DNA of 33,628 bases from Verrucomicrobiota bacterium (GCA_017557085.1 JAFZAR010000297.1:1-33628); one strand, 5' to 3'. Shown: positions 9,126 to 19,888, counted from the first letter of the stretch. The notes: a model not told the origin generated them from the sequence alone. Numbers and translations: made by a program.

Positions 9126-9665
9126 TTATTGAACAGTTTTACCTTCCTTATGAACGACATGCTCGCCCACATAACGAACACCCTTGCCTTTGTAAGGTTC
9201 AGGCGGATAGAAGGCTCTGAGTTCAGCGGCTACACGGCCCACATCATTCTTATCGATACCCTCAACGGTGAGTTTCGTGCTGGAATCATCCACGGTCACT
9301 TTCACGCCAGCCGGCAGATTGTAAACACAGGGATGAGCATAACCCAAAATCATCGTGACCACCTGACCAGCAACGCTGGCCTTGAAGCCGACACCTTGAA
9401 TTTCGAGTTTTTTCACATATCCTTCGGAAACACCCTTGACCATATTGGCAATACGAGCGCGGCAGGTGCCGTGCATTGCCTTGGAAACGGCGCTGTCATT
9501 ATCACGCTTGACAACGATCTTGTCAGCTTCTACTTCCACAGAGGTGTGAGGCAGGATGCCAAAGGATAACTTGCCTTTGGAACCTTCCACAAAAACTTCC
9601 TGTCCCTTGACAGAAGCTTTCACACCAGCCGGCAGCTGAACGGGAACTTTACCAATTCTAGACAT
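9126..9665 (-). CDS. rplF: 50S ribosomal protein L6
   Basis: 179 aa beginning MSRIGKVPVQLPAGVK, with PEPYKGKGVRYVGE near the C-terminus. Confidence 0.96.
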   Translation of the reverse strand: MSRIGKVPVQLPAGVKASVKGQEVFVEGSKGKLSFGILPHTSVEVEADKIVVKRDNDSAVSKAMHGTCRARIANMVKGVSEGYVKKLEIQGVGFKASVAGQVVTMILGYAHPCVYNLPAGVKVTVDDSSTKLTVEGIDKNDVGRVAAELRAFYPPEPYKGKGVRYVGEHVVHKEGKTVQ

Positions 9666-9683
9666 ATTCTTCTAATTCCCTTT

Positions 9684-10067
9684 CTACCAGATGTAGCACA
9701 GCACTTCACCGCCGCAGTTATTCTTGCGGGCTTCCACACCGGTCATCACACCCTTGGGTGTGGACAGGATGACGATACCCAGACCGCCCAGGACGCGCGG
9801 AATGCTCTTGACGGGCACATAGCAGCGGATGCCGGGCTTACTGATACGGCGCAATGCCTGAATGACATGCTTACGATTTTGATATTTCAAAGTCAGGGTC
9901 AGATTCTTGATCTTATCCCCTTCCACCACATAATCCAGTATATACCCCTCATCTTTCATGATGCGGGCAATGGACTCCTTGATTTTGGAGTACGGAACCG
10001 TCGCGGTCTTGTGCTGAGCAGCACCAGCGTTGCGTACAACGGTCAGAAAATCAGCAATTGTATCCAT
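9684..10067 (-). CDS. rpsH: 30S ribosomal protein S8
   Basis: 127 aa beginning MDTIADFLTVVRNA and ending GGEVLCYIW. Confidence 0.96.
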   Translation of the reverse strand: MDTIADFLTVVRNAGAAQHKTATVPYSKIKESIARIMKDEGYILDYVVEGDKIKNLTLTLKYQNRKHVIQALRRISKPGIRCYVPVKSIPRVLGGLGIVILSTPKGVMTGVEARKNNCGGEVLCYIW

Positions 10068-10076
10068 ATAATTTGA

Positions 10077-10346
10077 TTACCAGCTTGCTTTTGTTACTCC
10101 GGGAATAAGTCCATTCCTTGCCATCTCGCGGAAAGCAAGACGGGAGACACCGAATTTGCGAAGGAATCCATGACGACGACCACTGAGCGAACAGCGGTTT
10201 ACGAGACGAACTGTGCTGGAGTTGCGGGGCAACTTGGACAGTCCGGCGTAATCATGGTTGGCCTTCAGTTCTGCGCGCTTAGCGGCATATTTAGCCACCA
10301 GTTCGCGTTTTTTCTTTTCACGTTGGATCCAAGATTTCTTAGCCAT
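10077..10346 (-). CDS. rpsN: 30S ribosomal protein S14 (long form without a zinc-binding motif)
   Basis: 89 aa beginning [20 protein letters not shown] and ending [21 protein letters not shown]. There is no CxxC pair. Confidence 0.95.
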   Translation of the reverse strand: MAKKSWIQREKKKRELVAKYAAKRAELKANHDYAGLSKLPRNSSTVRLVNRCSLSGRRHGFLRKFGVSRLAFREMARNGLIPGVTKASW

Positions 10347-10352
10347 AATAAT

Positions 10353-10901
10353 TTACCGTTTCCCGGCAAAAGGCATGCCGAGCTGTTTCAGTAGATCAAG
10401 GGCCTCTGCGTTAGTATTTGCAGAGGTAACGATAGTGATATCCATACCCTGGTTCCTTTTGACCTTGTCAGCGTCGATTTCCGGGAAGATGACCTGGTTG
10501 GCAATACCGATAGAGTAATTGCCGCGGCCATCAAAACCTCTGGGAGAGATCCCGCGGAAGTCGCGAATACGCGGCAGCGCTGTTGAGATCAGTCGGTCAA
10601 GGAATTCAAACATCACTTCTCTGCGCAGGGTTACATGGCAACCAATTTGCTGTCCTTTGCGCAGTTTGAAATTTGCAACGCTCTTGCGAGCACGATCGAA
10701 TACCGGTTTGCGCCCGGTGATGGTCATCAATTCTTTGACGGCCTCATCCACGGCACCCTTCTCCGTAGAGGTATCCCAACCCATACGGATGACGATTTTC
10801 TCCACCTGAGGGACCTGGTGCACATTGGTGTACTTCCAGTTCTCGATCAGAGCGGGGCGAACGGTCTCTACATACTTTTGATAAAGTCTAGTCGCTTTCA
10901 T
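10353..10901 (-). CDS. rplE: 50S ribosomal protein L5
   Basis: 182 aa with FDGRGNYSIGIANQVIFPEID and GMDITIVTSA. Confidence 0.96.
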   Translation of the reverse strand: MKATRLYQKYVETVRPALIENWKYTNVHQVPQVEKIVIRMGWDTSTEKGAVDEAVKELMTITGRKPVFDRARKSVANFKLRKGQQIGCHVTLRREVMFEFLDRLISTALPRIRDFRGISPRGFDGRGNYSIGIANQVIFPEIDADKVKRNQGMDITIVTSANTNAEALDLLKQLGMPFAGKR

Positions 10902-10909
10902 TTACATCC

Positions 10910-11215
10910 TTACTTTGCGGCTTTAGCCTTTTTACGGGCATCATAGAGCTCTGCCCTCATCAGGTTAGAGATATGAATGGAGCCTTCGCGTTCGATAATG
11001 GCGCCATTGGGATTGGCCTGGGAACGGCGTGTATGCCGTTTGATCATATTCAGACCTTCCACCACTGCGCGCTGTTTATCACGCATTACAATCAGAACCT
11101 TGCCGCGCTTGCCGCGCAGGGCCGGTTTTCCGTTTTTCTCTTTTCTGCTGCCAGAGATGACGACGACTTCATCACCTTTTCTGATAGCCTTCAGAGCACT
11201 CTTTTTATTTTCCAT
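10910..11215 (-). CDS. rplX: 50S ribosomal protein L24
   Basis: 101 aa with a KOW motif ([20 protein letters not shown]). Confidence 0.95.
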   Translation of the reverse strand: MENKKSALKAIRKGDEVVVISGSRKEKNGKPALRGKRGKVLIVMRDKQRAVVEGLNMIKRHTRRSQANPNGAIIEREGSIHISNLMRAELYDARKKAKAAK

Positions 11216-11217
11216 AA

Positions 11218-11583
11218 TTAGATAACCTCCGGAGCCAGTGAAATGATTTTCAAAAATTTCTTTTCACGCAACTCACGAGCCACAGGGCCGAAAATACGTG
11301 TTCCTTTCGGATTATTGTCCTTGTCAACGATCACGATGGCGTTGTGGTCAAACCTCACGCAGGATCCGTCCGCGCGGTAGATCGCTCTCTTTGTGCGAAC
11401 GACTACGGCGTTGACAACATCACCCTTTTTCACCGTGCCATCGGGAGTAGCTTCCTTGATATGCGCCTTGATGACATCACCAATGCGGGCATACTCCTGA
11501 TTGGACCCCAGTACACCGATAGCGGCCGCCTTGCGGGCACCCGTATTATCGGCAACGTCTAAAATACTACGAACTTGTAACAT
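11218..11583 (-). CDS. rplN: 50S ribosomal protein L14
   Basis: 121 aa beginning [18 protein letters not shown] and ending [14 protein letters not shown]. Confidence 0.97.
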   Translation of the reverse strand: MLQVRSILDVADNTGARKAAAIGVLGSNQEYARIGDVIKAHIKEATPDGTVKKGDVVNAVVVRTKRAIYRADGSCVRFDHNAIVIVDKDNNPKGTRIFGPVARELREKKFLKIISLAPEVI

Positions 11584-11601
11584 CTAATAGCCTCTCTCTC
11601 T

Positions 11602-11874
11602 TTAGATAACGTCGTGTTTTACTATTTTCACCAGACTCCAGCGTTTCAGCTTGGAAAGAGGTCTGGTTTCCTGAATGCACACCGTATCACCGATCTGCGC
11701 TTCCTGCTTTTCATCATGAGCGTAGAATTTCTTCTTGGTGATGACAATCTTCCTAAACTGAGGATGTGCATGGCGGCGGGCCACTTCCACCACGATGGTC
11801 TTATTCATCTTGTTAGAGATGACCGTGCCTACTTTTTCCTTGCGAACTGATTTCTTGACTTCAGTATTTTCCAT
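11602..11874 (-). CDS. rpsQ: 30S ribosomal protein S17
   Basis: 90 aa with KVGTVISNKMNKTIVVEV...YAHDEKQEAQIGDTVCIQETRPLSK. Confidence 0.96.
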   Translation of the reverse strand: MENTEVKKSVRKEKVGTVISNKMNKTIVVEVARRHAHPQFRKIVITKKKFYAHDEKQEAQIGDTVCIQETRPLSKLKRWSLVKIVKHDVI

Positions 11875-11884
11875 ATCTCAATAA

Positions 11885-12082
11885 TTAGGCTGATTTTTTA
11901 CGTTGTTTGGAGAGCTGCGTTTCAATGCGCGCAATATCTCTGCGAATAGCACGAATGCGGTGTGATTTCTCCAATTGGCTGCTGGCTTTCTGCAGACGGA
12001 GGTTGAACAGCTCCATGCGCAGATCACGTCCCTTGACCAACAGTTCCTGTACAGTTAAATCTTGGATTTCAGATATTTTCAT
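11885..12082 (-). CDS. rpmC: 50S ribosomal protein L29
   Basis: 65 aa with ELFNLRLQKASSQLEKSHRIRAIRRDIARI. It lies between rplP and rpsQ. Confidence 0.94.
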   Translation of the reverse strand: MKISEIQDLTVQELLVKGRDLRMELFNLRLQKASSQLEKSHRIRAIRRDIARIETQLSKQRKKSA

Positions 12083-12100
12083 TTCGATCTCCTACTCTCT

Positions 12101-12523
12101 TTATGCTTCTGCGTGATGGCGGGCAATGAATTTGGTGCGGATCGGCAGCTTGCAAGCTACCAAGCGCATCGCTTCGCGAGCCTGAGACTCGGTCACGCCT
12201 TCCACTTCCAGGATGATGTTGGCCGGGCGGATCACTGCCACCCAGGATTCCACCGCACCCTTACCGGTACCTTGACGTACTTCCAGGGGTTTCTTAGTGA
12301 ACGGTTTATCAGGGAACACACGCAGCCATACTCTGCCATGACGTTTCATAGCACGGGTAACGGCTACACGGGCGGCTTCCAGCTGGCGTGTATCCATCCA
12401 GCAGCGTTCCAATGCCATCAGGCCGTAGGTCCCAAACGCCAGGAAATTCCCGCGTGTGGCCGTGCCGGCGCGATTGCCGCGTTGTTGTTTACGATATTTA
12501 ACTCTTGAAGGAATTAAAGGCAT
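12101..12523 (-). CDS. rplP: 50S ribosomal protein L16
   Basis: 140 aa beginning MPLIPSRVKYRKQQRG, with RQGTGKGAVESWVAV further on. Confidence 0.97.
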   Translation of the reverse strand: MPLIPSRVKYRKQQRGNRAGTATRGNFLAFGTYGLMALERCWMDTRQLEAARVAVTRAMKRHGRVWLRVFPDKPFTKKPLEVRQGTGKGAVESWVAVIRPANIILEVEGVTESQAREAMRLVACKLPIRTKFIARHHAEA

Positions 12524-12541
12524 ATACGTCCTTCCTTACCC

Positions 12542-13201
12542 TTAACGGGCGGCTTGTTGGGCAGCCTGCTTTTTCTCCATCATATCACCGGTGCATACCC
12601 AACATTTCACACCGATCTTACCATACAAAGTTTTCGCTTCCGCGAAACCATAATCTATGTTCGCGCGCAGAGTGTGCAGGGGAACTCTACCCTCGTGATA
12701 ATTCTCAGAACGAGAGAGTTCCGCTCCACCTAAGCGGCCCGAACAGCGAATCTTTACTCCCTGAGCTCCGGCATCCATCACAGTTTGGATGGATTTCTTC
12801 ATAGCGCGGCGGAAAGACACACGGCGCTCCAGCTGCAGGGCGATATTCTCAGCGACCAGCTGCGCGTTTGTTTCAGGTCTTTTTACTTCCTGGATCTCAA
12901 CGTACACTTCCTTCTTAGTCATCTTCGACAGAGCCTCTTTGAGCTTGTCGATATCCTGGCCTTTACGGCCAATGACTAAACCCGGACGAGCCGTCAGGAT
13001 CGAAACACGGCAACGGGCTCCGGCGCGCTCGATATTGATGCGCGGCACAGAGGCTGATTCCAGTTTTTCTTTCAAAAAGCGTCTGATCTTATCATCTTCC
13101 GCCAGGAGTTTGCTAAACTCGCTCTTGGAAGCATACCAGCGTGAACGCCAGTCCTTATTCAAGGAAAGTCTCAGGCCAATTGGATTAGTTTTTTGTCCCA
13201 T
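12542..13201 (-). CDS. rpsC: 30S ribosomal protein S3
   Basis: 219 aa beginning MGQKTNPIGLRL, with a KH domain and GRLGGAELSRSE. Confidence 0.97.
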   Translation of the reverse strand: MGQKTNPIGLRLSLNKDWRSRWYASKSEFSKLLAEDDKIRRFLKEKLESASVPRINIERAGARCRVSILTARPGLVIGRKGQDIDKLKEALSKMTKKEVYVEIQEVKRPETNAQLVAENIALQLERRVSFRRAMKKSIQTVMDAGAQGVKIRCSGRLGGAELSRSENYHEGRVPLHTLRANIDYGFAEAKTLYGKIGVKCWVCTGDMMEKKQAAQQAAR

Positions 13202-13211
13202 ATCTAGTCAA

Positions 13212-13556
13212 TTAATTCTCGGTGCTTATGTCAGAGAGTACGATACGGACGTGACATCCCCGCTTGAGGATATGTCCCGCTGAACCGCGAGCTTTAGGGG
13301 TAAAACGTTTGTAGGTGCGGGCGGCACCTGCCACGGACTCGACAATCCAGAGAGATCCCTCATCCAGACCGAAATTATTCACTGCGTTTGCAATAGCAGA
13401 CTTCAGGGTGTTGAGCACGGCACGGGCGGATTTACGCGGCACATAAGCCAGCGCAGCCTGCGCGTCGATCGCTTTCATCCCATGGATCTGCCTTGTCACC
13501 TCGCGCATTTTCTGAGGAGACATACGGATATTTTTTGTTACAGATAAAACTTTCAT
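13212..13556 (-). CDS. rplV: 50S ribosomal protein L22
   Basis: 114 aa with RMSPQKMREVTRQIHG...KRFTPKARGSAGHILKRGCHVRIVL. Confidence 0.96.
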   Translation of the reverse strand: MKVLSVTKNIRMSPQKMREVTRQIHGMKAIDAQAALAYVPRKSARAVLNTLKSAIANAVNNFGLDEGSLWIVESVAGAARTYKRFTPKARGSAGHILKRGCHVRIVLSDISTEN

Positions 13557-13564
13557 AGCTTCTC

Positions 13565-13846
13565 TTACTTCGCCTCCGCTTTGGCTGTATGGACACCGTG
13601 CTTCTTGAATGTACGGGTCAACGCAAACTCACCTAAACGGTGACCAACCATGTTTTCAGTCACGAACACCGGCAGGAACATTCTGCCGTTGTGAACATTA
13701 ATCGTTAATCCCACAAATTCGGGGGTCACCATTGAACGCCTGGACCAAGTCTTGATAGGCTTCTTGGAAGAGGCTTTATTCATCGCTTGTACTTTCTCCA
13801 TCAGGGAGGGGTCTACAAACGGACCTTTTTTAATTGAACGTCCCAT
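13565..13846 (-). CDS. rpsS: 30S ribosomal protein S19
   Basis: 93 aa beginning [12 protein letters not shown], with [33 protein letters not shown]. Confidence 0.97.
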   Translation of the reverse strand: MGRSIKKGPFVDPSLMEKVQAMNKASSKKPIKTWSRRSMVTPEFVGLTINVHNGRMFLPVFVTENMVGHRLGEFALTRTFKKHGVHTAKAEAK

Positions 13847-13856
13847 AACTACTCAC

Positions 13857-14702
13857 TTATTTCATTTTCATCGGACGTCCATCACGACGGGTCACGATGT
13901 AGCGATTTGAATATCTGACTTTCTTGCGGGTCTTGAAACCCTTGGTAATAACACCCCACGGAGTCACCGGATGACCACCGCCGGCCGTTCTGCCTGCACC
14001 ACCACCCATAGGGTGATCAACAGGGTTCTTACAAACAGCGCGGGAAAGAGGTCTGATACCCAGATGACGGGAACGGCCGGCTTTGCCCAGCACAACGTTC
14101 TCATGATCGGTGTTGCCAACCTGTCCCAGTGTCGCATAGCACTGTTCTTTGACCTTGCGGATTTCTCCGGAGGGCAAGCGGACCAGCGCATATCCGTCAG
14201 CAATGGACATCAGTGTGGCCATACCGCCTGCGGCACGCACCAGCTGACCGCCCTTGCCGGGGATCAATTCAATATTGTGGATCACTGAGCCAATGGGAAT
14301 GCTCTTCAGAGGCAGGCTGTTGCCCACTTCCGCAGGAGCGGCCGCACCGCTGGAAACGCGGGCACCTACTTTTAATCCCACAGGAGCCAGGATGTAGCGT
14401 TTCTCACCATCTTTGTACTCCAGCAGCGCCAGATAAGCTGAACGCATCGGATCATATTCAATGGCTACCACACGGGCTTCCACATCAAATTTATTACGAC
14501 GAAAATCCACTAAGCGGATCTTCTGTTTGTGCCCACCGCCGCGACCGCGGGATGTCACACGACCTTGGCTGTTGCGGCCACCGGTCTTTTTACGGATTTG
14601 AACCAGACTTTTCTCCGGTTTATCTTTTGTGATCTCCTCGAAAGACGATACGGTCAAGTACCGCAGTGAAGGAGTTAAGGGTCTAAATGATTTAACAGGC
14701 AT
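13857..14702 (-). CDS. rplB: 50S ribosomal protein L2
   Basis: 281 aa with [13 protein letters not shown] and [25 protein letters not shown]. Confidence 0.97.
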   Translation of the reverse strand: MPVKSFRPLTPSLRYLTVSSFEEITKDKPEKSLVQIRKKTGGRNSQGRVTSRGRGGGHKQKIRLVDFRRNKFDVEARVVAIEYDPMRSAYLALLEYKDGEKRYILAPVGLKVGARVSSGAAAPAEVGNSLPLKSIPIGSVIHNIELIPGKGGQLVRAAGGMATLMSIADGYALVRLPSGEIRKVKEQCYATLGQVGNTDHENVVLGKAGRSRHLGIRPLSRAVCKNPVDHPMGGGAGRTAGGGHPVTPWGVITKGFKTRKKVRYSNRYIVTRRDGRPMKMK

Positions 14703-14707
14703 AGTTT

Positions 14708-14986
14708 TTAGGTTAATATGATTTTATCGCCTTGTTTTAATGTTACGACGGCCTTTTTCCAATTAGAGGTCCATCCGGCAGCGGCCGTTCTCTGACGACG
14801 CTGTTTGCCGCGGACATTCATGGTATTGACCTTGACCACCTTCACCTTGAACAGTTCTTCGACAGCCTGACGGATCTGGATCTTGGTAGCCCTCTTGTCA
14901 GCTATCATGGTGTATTTATTCTGTTCGGATTGAGCAGTCCCCTTTTCGGTGATGCGCACCGTTTTAATAATATCAAAAGAATTCAT
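14708..14986 (-). CDS. rplW: 50S ribosomal protein L23
   Basis: 92 aa with RITEKG...[16 protein letters not shown]. It lies between rplD and rplB. Confidence 0.95.
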   Translation of the reverse strand: MNSFDIIKTVRITEKGTAQSEQNKYTMIADKRATKIQIRQAVEELFKVKVVKVNTMNVRGKQRRQRTAAAGWTSNWKKAVVTLKQGDKIILT

Positions 14987-14990
14987 GCTC

Positions 14991-15647
14991 TTACTTGGTG
15001 ATGATGCGTTCTTCTATCTTGGCCCAGGCTTTCCGGGTCACCACGACTTTGGTCGATGCCAAAACGTCGTAAGGATTCACTGTGGCACTATCCACAACTT
15101 TAACTTTCTGCACATTGCGGGAAGCAAGGCAGAAGTTCGTATTGATGTCTTCATCCATCGCTGCGATGAAGAGAACCTTGGCTCCGTCCAGGCCCATATC
15201 TTTGAGGACTTGGACAAATTGACCCGTCTTGGGAGATTGCATCTTCAGTTCTTCCACGGCCACCAGGTCACCAGCGCAAGCGCGGGTGCTGATCAGCTTC
15301 TGAAGAGCCAAGCGGCTGACCTTGCGGTTCACCTTCTTGGAATAATCGCGCGGTTTCGGTCCAAAGACCACACCGCCTCCGGGCCACAGCGGAGAGGCAA
15401 AGGAACCCGCGCGAGCGCGGCCTGTGCCCTTCTGACGCCACGGTTTCTTACCGGATCCGGCCACTTCGCCCATGGTCTTGGTGCAGGCTGTTCCGGAGCG
15501 TTGCGCTGCGCGGATAGCTGTCACCGCTTCATGAGCGGCCTGGGTACCTACAAGTCTCTTGCCGAGTTCTTCAAACTTCTCTAATTGAGAGCTGACCTCG
15601 ATCTGTCCTTGTTCTTTTCCCTGTAAATCTTTAACTGTAATCGTCAT
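14991..15647 (-). CDS. rplD: 50S ribosomal protein L4
   Basis: 218 aa with GSGKKPWRQKGTGRARAGSFASPLWPGGGVVFGPKPRDY. AAGGAG lies 7 nt upstream of the ATG. Confidence 0.96.
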   Translation of the reverse strand: MTITVKDLQGKEQGQIEVSSQLEKFEELGKRLVGTQAAHEAVTAIRAAQRSGTACTKTMGEVAGSGKKPWRQKGTGRARAGSFASPLWPGGGVVFGPKPRDYSKKVNRKVSRLALQKLISTRACAGDLVAVEELKMQSPKTGQFVQVLKDMGLDGAKVLFIAAMDEDINTNFCLASRNVQKVKVVDSATVNPYDVLASTKVVVTRKAWAKIEERIITK

Positions 15648-15657
15648 GTCCTACTCC

Positions 15658-16302
15658 TTATTTCTTGGCGACTTTCGGTTTTTTCTTCGATTCACGAATG
15701 ATGACATAATCGCCTTCGGCTCCGGGCATACAGCCGCGGATGAGGATGACGTTATCTTCAGGCAGAATAGCCGCCACCTGCAGGTTCTGCACCGTGCGGC
15801 GTACTTGTCCCATGTGACCGGGCATCTTTTGTCCCTTGGCAATGTTACCGGGGAACAAACGGCAGCCCAATGCACCTGTTCTGCGTTTCCAACCTTTAGA
15901 ACCGTGTGTAGCGGGACCTCCGTGGAAGTCATAGCGCTTGACTACGCCAGCGAATCCATGACCCTTAGTAATACCAATGCAGTCCACATAATCGCCCTGA
16001 GCGAAGATATCCACGTTCAGTACATCGCCCTCATTGACTTTGAGAGAGAAGTCGCGGAATTCGCGCAGTTTCTTTACAGGAGCCGCATTGTGCTTTTGGA
16101 AGTGTCCAGCCAACGGCTTATTGATACGAGTTTCTTTTTGATCATCAAACCCGAGCTGCACCGCACTATAACCGTCTTTTTCAACAGTTTTGCATTGTAC
16201 CACACGATTTGGACCAGCAAGGACCACTGTCACGGGGACAATGTTGCCTTCGGTATCATAAATACGAGTGTGGCCAAGTTTTTTACCAATTAAACCTACC
16301 AT
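15658..16302 (-). CDS. rplC: 50S ribosomal protein L3
   Basis: 214 aa beginning MVGLIGKKLGHTRIYD, with GITKGHGFAGVVKRYDFHGGPATHGS. Confidence 0.97.
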   Translation of the reverse strand: MVGLIGKKLGHTRIYDTEGNIVPVTVVLAGPNRVVQCKTVEKDGYSAVQLGFDDQKETRINKPLAGHFQKHNAAPVKKLREFRDFSLKVNEGDVLNVDIFAQGDYVDCIGITKGHGFAGVVKRYDFHGGPATHGSKGWKRRTGALGCRLFPGNIAKGQKMPGHMGQVRRTVQNLQVAAILPEDNVILIRGCMPGAEGDYVIIRESKKKPKVAKK

Positions 16303-16311
16303 ATTCTTTCC

Positions 16312-16620
16312 TTATACCTTGACGGTGATATGAACGCCCGCAGGAAGATTGAGTTTTTTCAATTCATCCACGGTTTTTGCAGTCGGATCAAGGATGTCCA
16401 GAAGACGTTTGTGCGTTCTCTGCTCAAACGTTTCTTGTGATTTCTTGTCCGCGTGAGGAGACCTCTGCACGGTATAGCGTTCTACGCGCATCGGCAGAGG
16501 GATCGGGCCGGCTACGCGAGCACCGGTACGTTTGACGGTATCCACGATTTCACTCGCGGACTTATCAATGACTCGGTGATCATAAGCTTTCAGCCTGATT
16601 CTAATTCTTTGTCCAGCCAT
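16312..16620 (-). CDS. rpsJ: 30S ribosomal protein S10
   Basis: 102 aa beginning [19 protein letters not shown], with [24 protein letters not shown]. Confidence 0.97.
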   Translation of the reverse strand: MAGQRIRIRLKAYDHRVIDKSASEIVDTVKRTGARVAGPIPLPMRVERYTVQRSPHADKKSQETFEQRTHKRLLDILDPTAKTVDELKKLNLPAGVHITVKV

Positions 16621-16674
16621 ATATATTTCTAATTAATTTCCCGGATGGCAGGCATTTCTGCCCCCACCTGGTTT

Positions 16675-18867
16675 CTAAACTGTCCGAGACACTTTCGGTT
16701 CGGACTTTTCTAGTATTACCTCAAGCACTGAAGCCGGCACCGGTTCAAAGTGCGACGGCTCCATTGAATACGACGCACGGCCCTTGGACAGGGACCGTAT
16801 AGCCGTAGCATACCCAAACATCTGCGCAAGCGGTACTTCGGCATTCAGCAACGTGATATCTGCTTTCGCTTCAATCGACGAAACCTTGCCGCGCCTGCGA
16901 GATAAATCACCCAGAAGATCGCCCTGATATTCATCGGGCGTGCTTACTTCGACCTTCATTACAGGCTCGAGGACGATAGGATTAGCATTTTTTGCTGCAT
17001 CTTTCAAGGCAAAAATTCCAGCCATTTTAAATGCGAGCTCGCTAGAGTCCACTTCGTGGTACGAACCTTCCAGGATCGAGACCTTGATATCGACCATCGG
17101 ATAGCCGGCCAGAACACCGGTATCAATGGCCTCTTTAATGCCTGCCATGGTTGGGGCGATATACTCCTTAGGTATCGTTCCCCCAACGACTTTGCTCACG
17201 ATCTCCACACCAGCTCCGCGGGTATTCGGCTCGATGCTGATAATAGCATGACCGTACTGACCGCGGCCGCCGGATTGACGGATAAATTTACCTTCGCCCT
17301 TGGAGGCTTTGGTAATCGTTTCGCGATAGGCAATTTGAGGCGCGCCGACAAAAGCTTCCACCTTAAATTCGCGAAGTAAGCGATCGCGAATGATGTCCAA
17401 GTGGAGTTCACCCATGCCGGCAATAATAAGCTGACCCGTTTCTTCGTTGGTAAAACAGCGAAAAGTCGGGTCTTCTTCTGAAAGTCTTTGCAGTGCTGTC
17501 GTAAGTTTCTCACGATCAGCCTTTGTCTTAGGTTCCACCGCCATACTGATGACCGGTTCCGGGAAGGTCGGAGGCTCCAGCAGCACGGCTGAGTCCTCAA
17601 AGCAGAGCGTATCACCGGTGGTCACGTTTTTCAGTCCGACCACCGCGGCGATATCGCCCGCGTGTACCTTATCCAGTTCCAGTCGCTCATCAGCCTGGAT
17701 CATCATCAAACGGTTGATGCGCTCTCTCTTACGGATACGCGGATTATAAACGGTATCGCCGTTCTTGAGAGTGCCGCTGTAAACACGGATGAATACCAGT
17801 TTGCCCACATAAGGATCGCTCCAGAGTTTGAAAACCAGCGCGGTAAACTTGCCGTGATCGGAAGTCTTGACCGCCATTGTCTTTTCAAAATCCAGAGGAT
17901 CATGAGCTTCTGCGGGTGGAACATCCAACGGAGAAGGCAAATAGTCCACCACCGCGTCCACCAAAGGCTGCACCCCCTTCTTGCGGAAGGCCGTTCCGCA
18001 AAGAACGGGAACAAATTCCAGGGCGATGGTCAAACGGCGAATGGCCGTTTTGAGGATACTCGGACTGATTTTCTTCTCCATGATGACCATTTCAGCGATC
18101 TGGTCATCTTTGTTGGATACGGCGTCTATCAACTCTTCCAATGCCAGATGGGCATTGTCCTTCATCTCTGTAGGGATCTCTGTGATATTATAGCGGAGAC
18201 CTTCCGGATCCGCTTCATCATAGACGATCGCTTTCTGATTGATGACATCGATGACACCTTTGAATTTATCTTCTTTGCCGATCGGCAGCACCACCGGGTA
18301 GGCATAAGCACCCAGTTTGCGGCGCATTTCGGCAACAACTGCGTCAAAATTGGCTCCCGTGCGGTCCATCTTATTGATGAAGGCAATGCGGGGAACTTTG
18401 TACTTGGTGGCCTGGCGCCAGACAGTCTCAGACTGCGGCTGCACGCCTCCTACAGCACAAAATACGGAAACCGCCCCGTCCAGAACACGCATGGAACGTT
18501 CCACCTCTGCGGTGAAATCCACGTGACCCGGAGTGTCAATGATATTGATGCGGTGGGCGATTCCGGGGAAACTCTTCACCATACCGGGCTCCTCCTTCTG
18601 AGTCCAGTAACAAGTGATGGCCGCGGAAGTAATAGTAATACCACGCTCACGCTCCTGTTCCATCCAGTCCGTCACCGTATTACCATCATGGACATCACCC
18701 ATTCTGTGGATGAGACCTGTATAGTAAAGGATGCGCTCTGTAGTGGTGGTCTTGCCGGCATCGATATGCGCCGCAATACCTATATTACGAGTGCGTTCGA
18801 GTGGATAAGCTCGATCTGAAGCATTCGGATTGATTTCCTCAGCTTGTATGTTATCAGTATCTTGCAC
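16675..18867 (-). CDS. fusA: Elongation factor G (730 aa)
   Basis: [48 protein letters not shown] and NKMDR are present, and domains II-V are recognisable. The start assigned by the track is GTG 18867-18865. There is no in-frame ATG before the P-loop and no obvious SD, so the start is uncertain by a few codons. Confidence 0.94.
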   Translation of the reverse strand: MQDTDNIQAEEINPNASDRAYPLERTRNIGIAAHIDAGKTTTTERILYYTGLIHRMGDVHDGNTVTDWMEQERERGITITSAAITCYWTQKEEPGMVKSFPGIAHRINIIDTPGHVDFTAEVERSMRVLDGAVSVFCAVGGVQPQSETVWRQATKYKVPRIAFINKMDRTGANFDAVVAEMRRKLGAYAYPVVLPIGKEDKFKGVIDVINQKAIVYDEADPEGLRYNITEIPTEMKDNAHLALEELIDAVSNKDDQIAEMVIMEKKISPSILKTAIRRLTIALEFVPVLCGTAFRKKGVQPLVDAVVDYLPSPLDVPPAEAHDPLDFEKTMAVKTSDHGKFTALVFKLWSDPYVGKLVFIRVYSGTLKNGDTVYNPRIRKRERINRLMMIQADERLELDKVHAGDIAAVVGLKNVTTGDTLCFEDSAVLLEPPTFPEPVISMAVEPKTKADREKLTTALQRLSEEDPTFRCFTNEETGQLIIAGMGELHLDIIRDRLLREFKVEAFVGAPQIAYRETITKASKGEGKFIRQSGGRGQYGHAIISIEPNTRGAGVEIVSKVVGGTIPKEYIAPTMAGIKEAIDTGVLAGYPMVDIKVSILEGSYHEVDSSELAFKMAGIFALKDAAKNANPIVLEPVMKVEVSTPDEYQGDLLGDLSRRRGKVSSIEAKADITLLNAEVPLAQMFGYATAIRSLSKGRASYSMEPSHFEPVPASVLEVILEKSEPKVSRTV

Positions 18868-18872
18868 CTACT

Positions 18873-18920
18873 AAAAAAAACTGAATAAAAACGCCCCGCT
18901 CAAAAAAACATCGGGGCGTT
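18873..18920 (-). terminator. Intrinsic terminator-like hairpin between rpsG and fusA
   Basis: The minus-strand RNA reads AACGCCCCG-(13-nt loop auguuuuuuugag)-CGGGGCGUU (arms 18912..18920 and 18890..18898). It is followed directly by UUUAUUCAGUUUUUUUU (18889..18873). It lies 20 nt after the rpsG stop and ends 5 nt before the fusA GTG. Confidence 0.65.
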
Positions 18921-18940
18921 ATTGGAAACCGCTTTATGAA

Positions 18941-19414
18941 TTACCAGCGGAAGTGAGCGAATGCCTTGTTGGCCTGAGCCATTCTGTGCATATCGTCACG
19001 TTTACGGATTGCGCTGCCTTGCCCTTGTGCAGCTTCAGAAATTTCATTTGCCAAAGCGTCTTTCATGGCAATGCCTTTGCGGGCAGCGGCCAGGGAGACG
19101 ATCCAGCGGATAGACAGGGAAATCTGTCTGTCAACGGGAACTTCCAGAGGAACTTGATAGGTCGCACCACCTACGCGGCGGGCTTTGACCTCCAGGCGGG
19201 GTTTCACATTGTCAATGGCGCGTTGAACGATCGCCATAGGTTCCACACCGGGGTTCTTCTCTGCCAGAACGTCAAAAGCTCCATGAACGATCTTCTGAGC
19301 TTTGGACTTCTGTCCCCATTTCATCACTTTATTGATTAAACGAGCAACCAGAACGCTATGGTATTTACCATCTTCCGGAACTGCTCTACGTACAGCACGA
19401 CGACGACGAGACAT
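18941..19414 (-). CDS. rpsG: 30S ribosomal protein S7
   Basis: 157 aa beginning MSRRRRAVRRAVPEDGKY, with VKARRVGGATYQVPLEV, ending AFAHFRW. Confidence 0.97.
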   Translation of the reverse strand: MSRRRRAVRRAVPEDGKYHSVLVARLINKVMKWGQKSKAQKIVHGAFDVLAEKNPGVEPMAIVQRAIDNVKPRLEVKARRVGGATYQVPLEVPVDRQISLSIRWIVSLAAARKGIAMKDALANEISEAAQGQGSAIRKRDDMHRMAQANKAFAHFRW

Positions 19415-19422
19415 ATCTTAAA

Positions 19423-19809
19423 CTATTTCTTGGCCGCGGCCTTGGGTTTCTTCACTCCGTACTTGGAGCGACTCACACGACGTTTCTCCACACCGGCGGT
19501 ATCAAGTGTACCGCGGACAATGTGATAACGCACACCAGGTAAGTCTTTTACACGACCACCACGTACCAGAACGATTGAGTGTTCCTGCAGGTTGTGACCT
19601 TCATCAGGAATATAAGCAATCACTTCAAATCCATTGGAAAGACGAATCTTCGCTACTTTACGCATAGCGGAGTTCGGTTTCTTGGGGGTACGAGTCATAA
19701 CTTGTAAGCATACCCCACGGCGAAAAGGACATTTATCCAAAGCCGGTGCTTTGGACTTCTCATTCAACTTATTCCGTCCCTTGCGGACGAGTTGGTTAAT
19801 TGTTGGCAT
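19423..19809 (-). CDS. rpsL: 30S ribosomal protein S12
   Basis: 128 aa beginning [12 protein letters not shown], with [38 protein letters not shown]. Confidence 0.98.
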   Translation of the reverse strand: MPTINQLVRKGRNKLNEKSKAPALDKCPFRRGVCLQVMTRTPKKPNSAMRKVAKIRLSNGFEVIAYIPDEGHNLQEHSIVLVRGGRVKDLPGVRYHIVRGTLDTAGVEKRRVSRSKYGVKKPKAAAKK

Positions 19810-19859
19810 TCTTTAACTATCGTTTTTGCGATCCTGCCCTAGAGCGGGCAGAGCTCTCT

Positions 19860-19888
19860 ATATTATCAGTGTTGCCGACTTTTGGCAA
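19860..19888 (-). promoter_or_regulatory. Candidate sigma70-type promoter for rpsL-rpsG
   Basis: The minus strand reads TTGCCA (19888..19883), a 17-nt spacer, then TAATAT (19865..19860). It is about 50 nt upstream of the rpsL ATG and downstream of the rpoC-distal hairpin. The predicted leader contains a CUGCCC-gcucua-GGGCAG hairpin (19851..19834). This is pattern match only. Confidence 0.4.
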
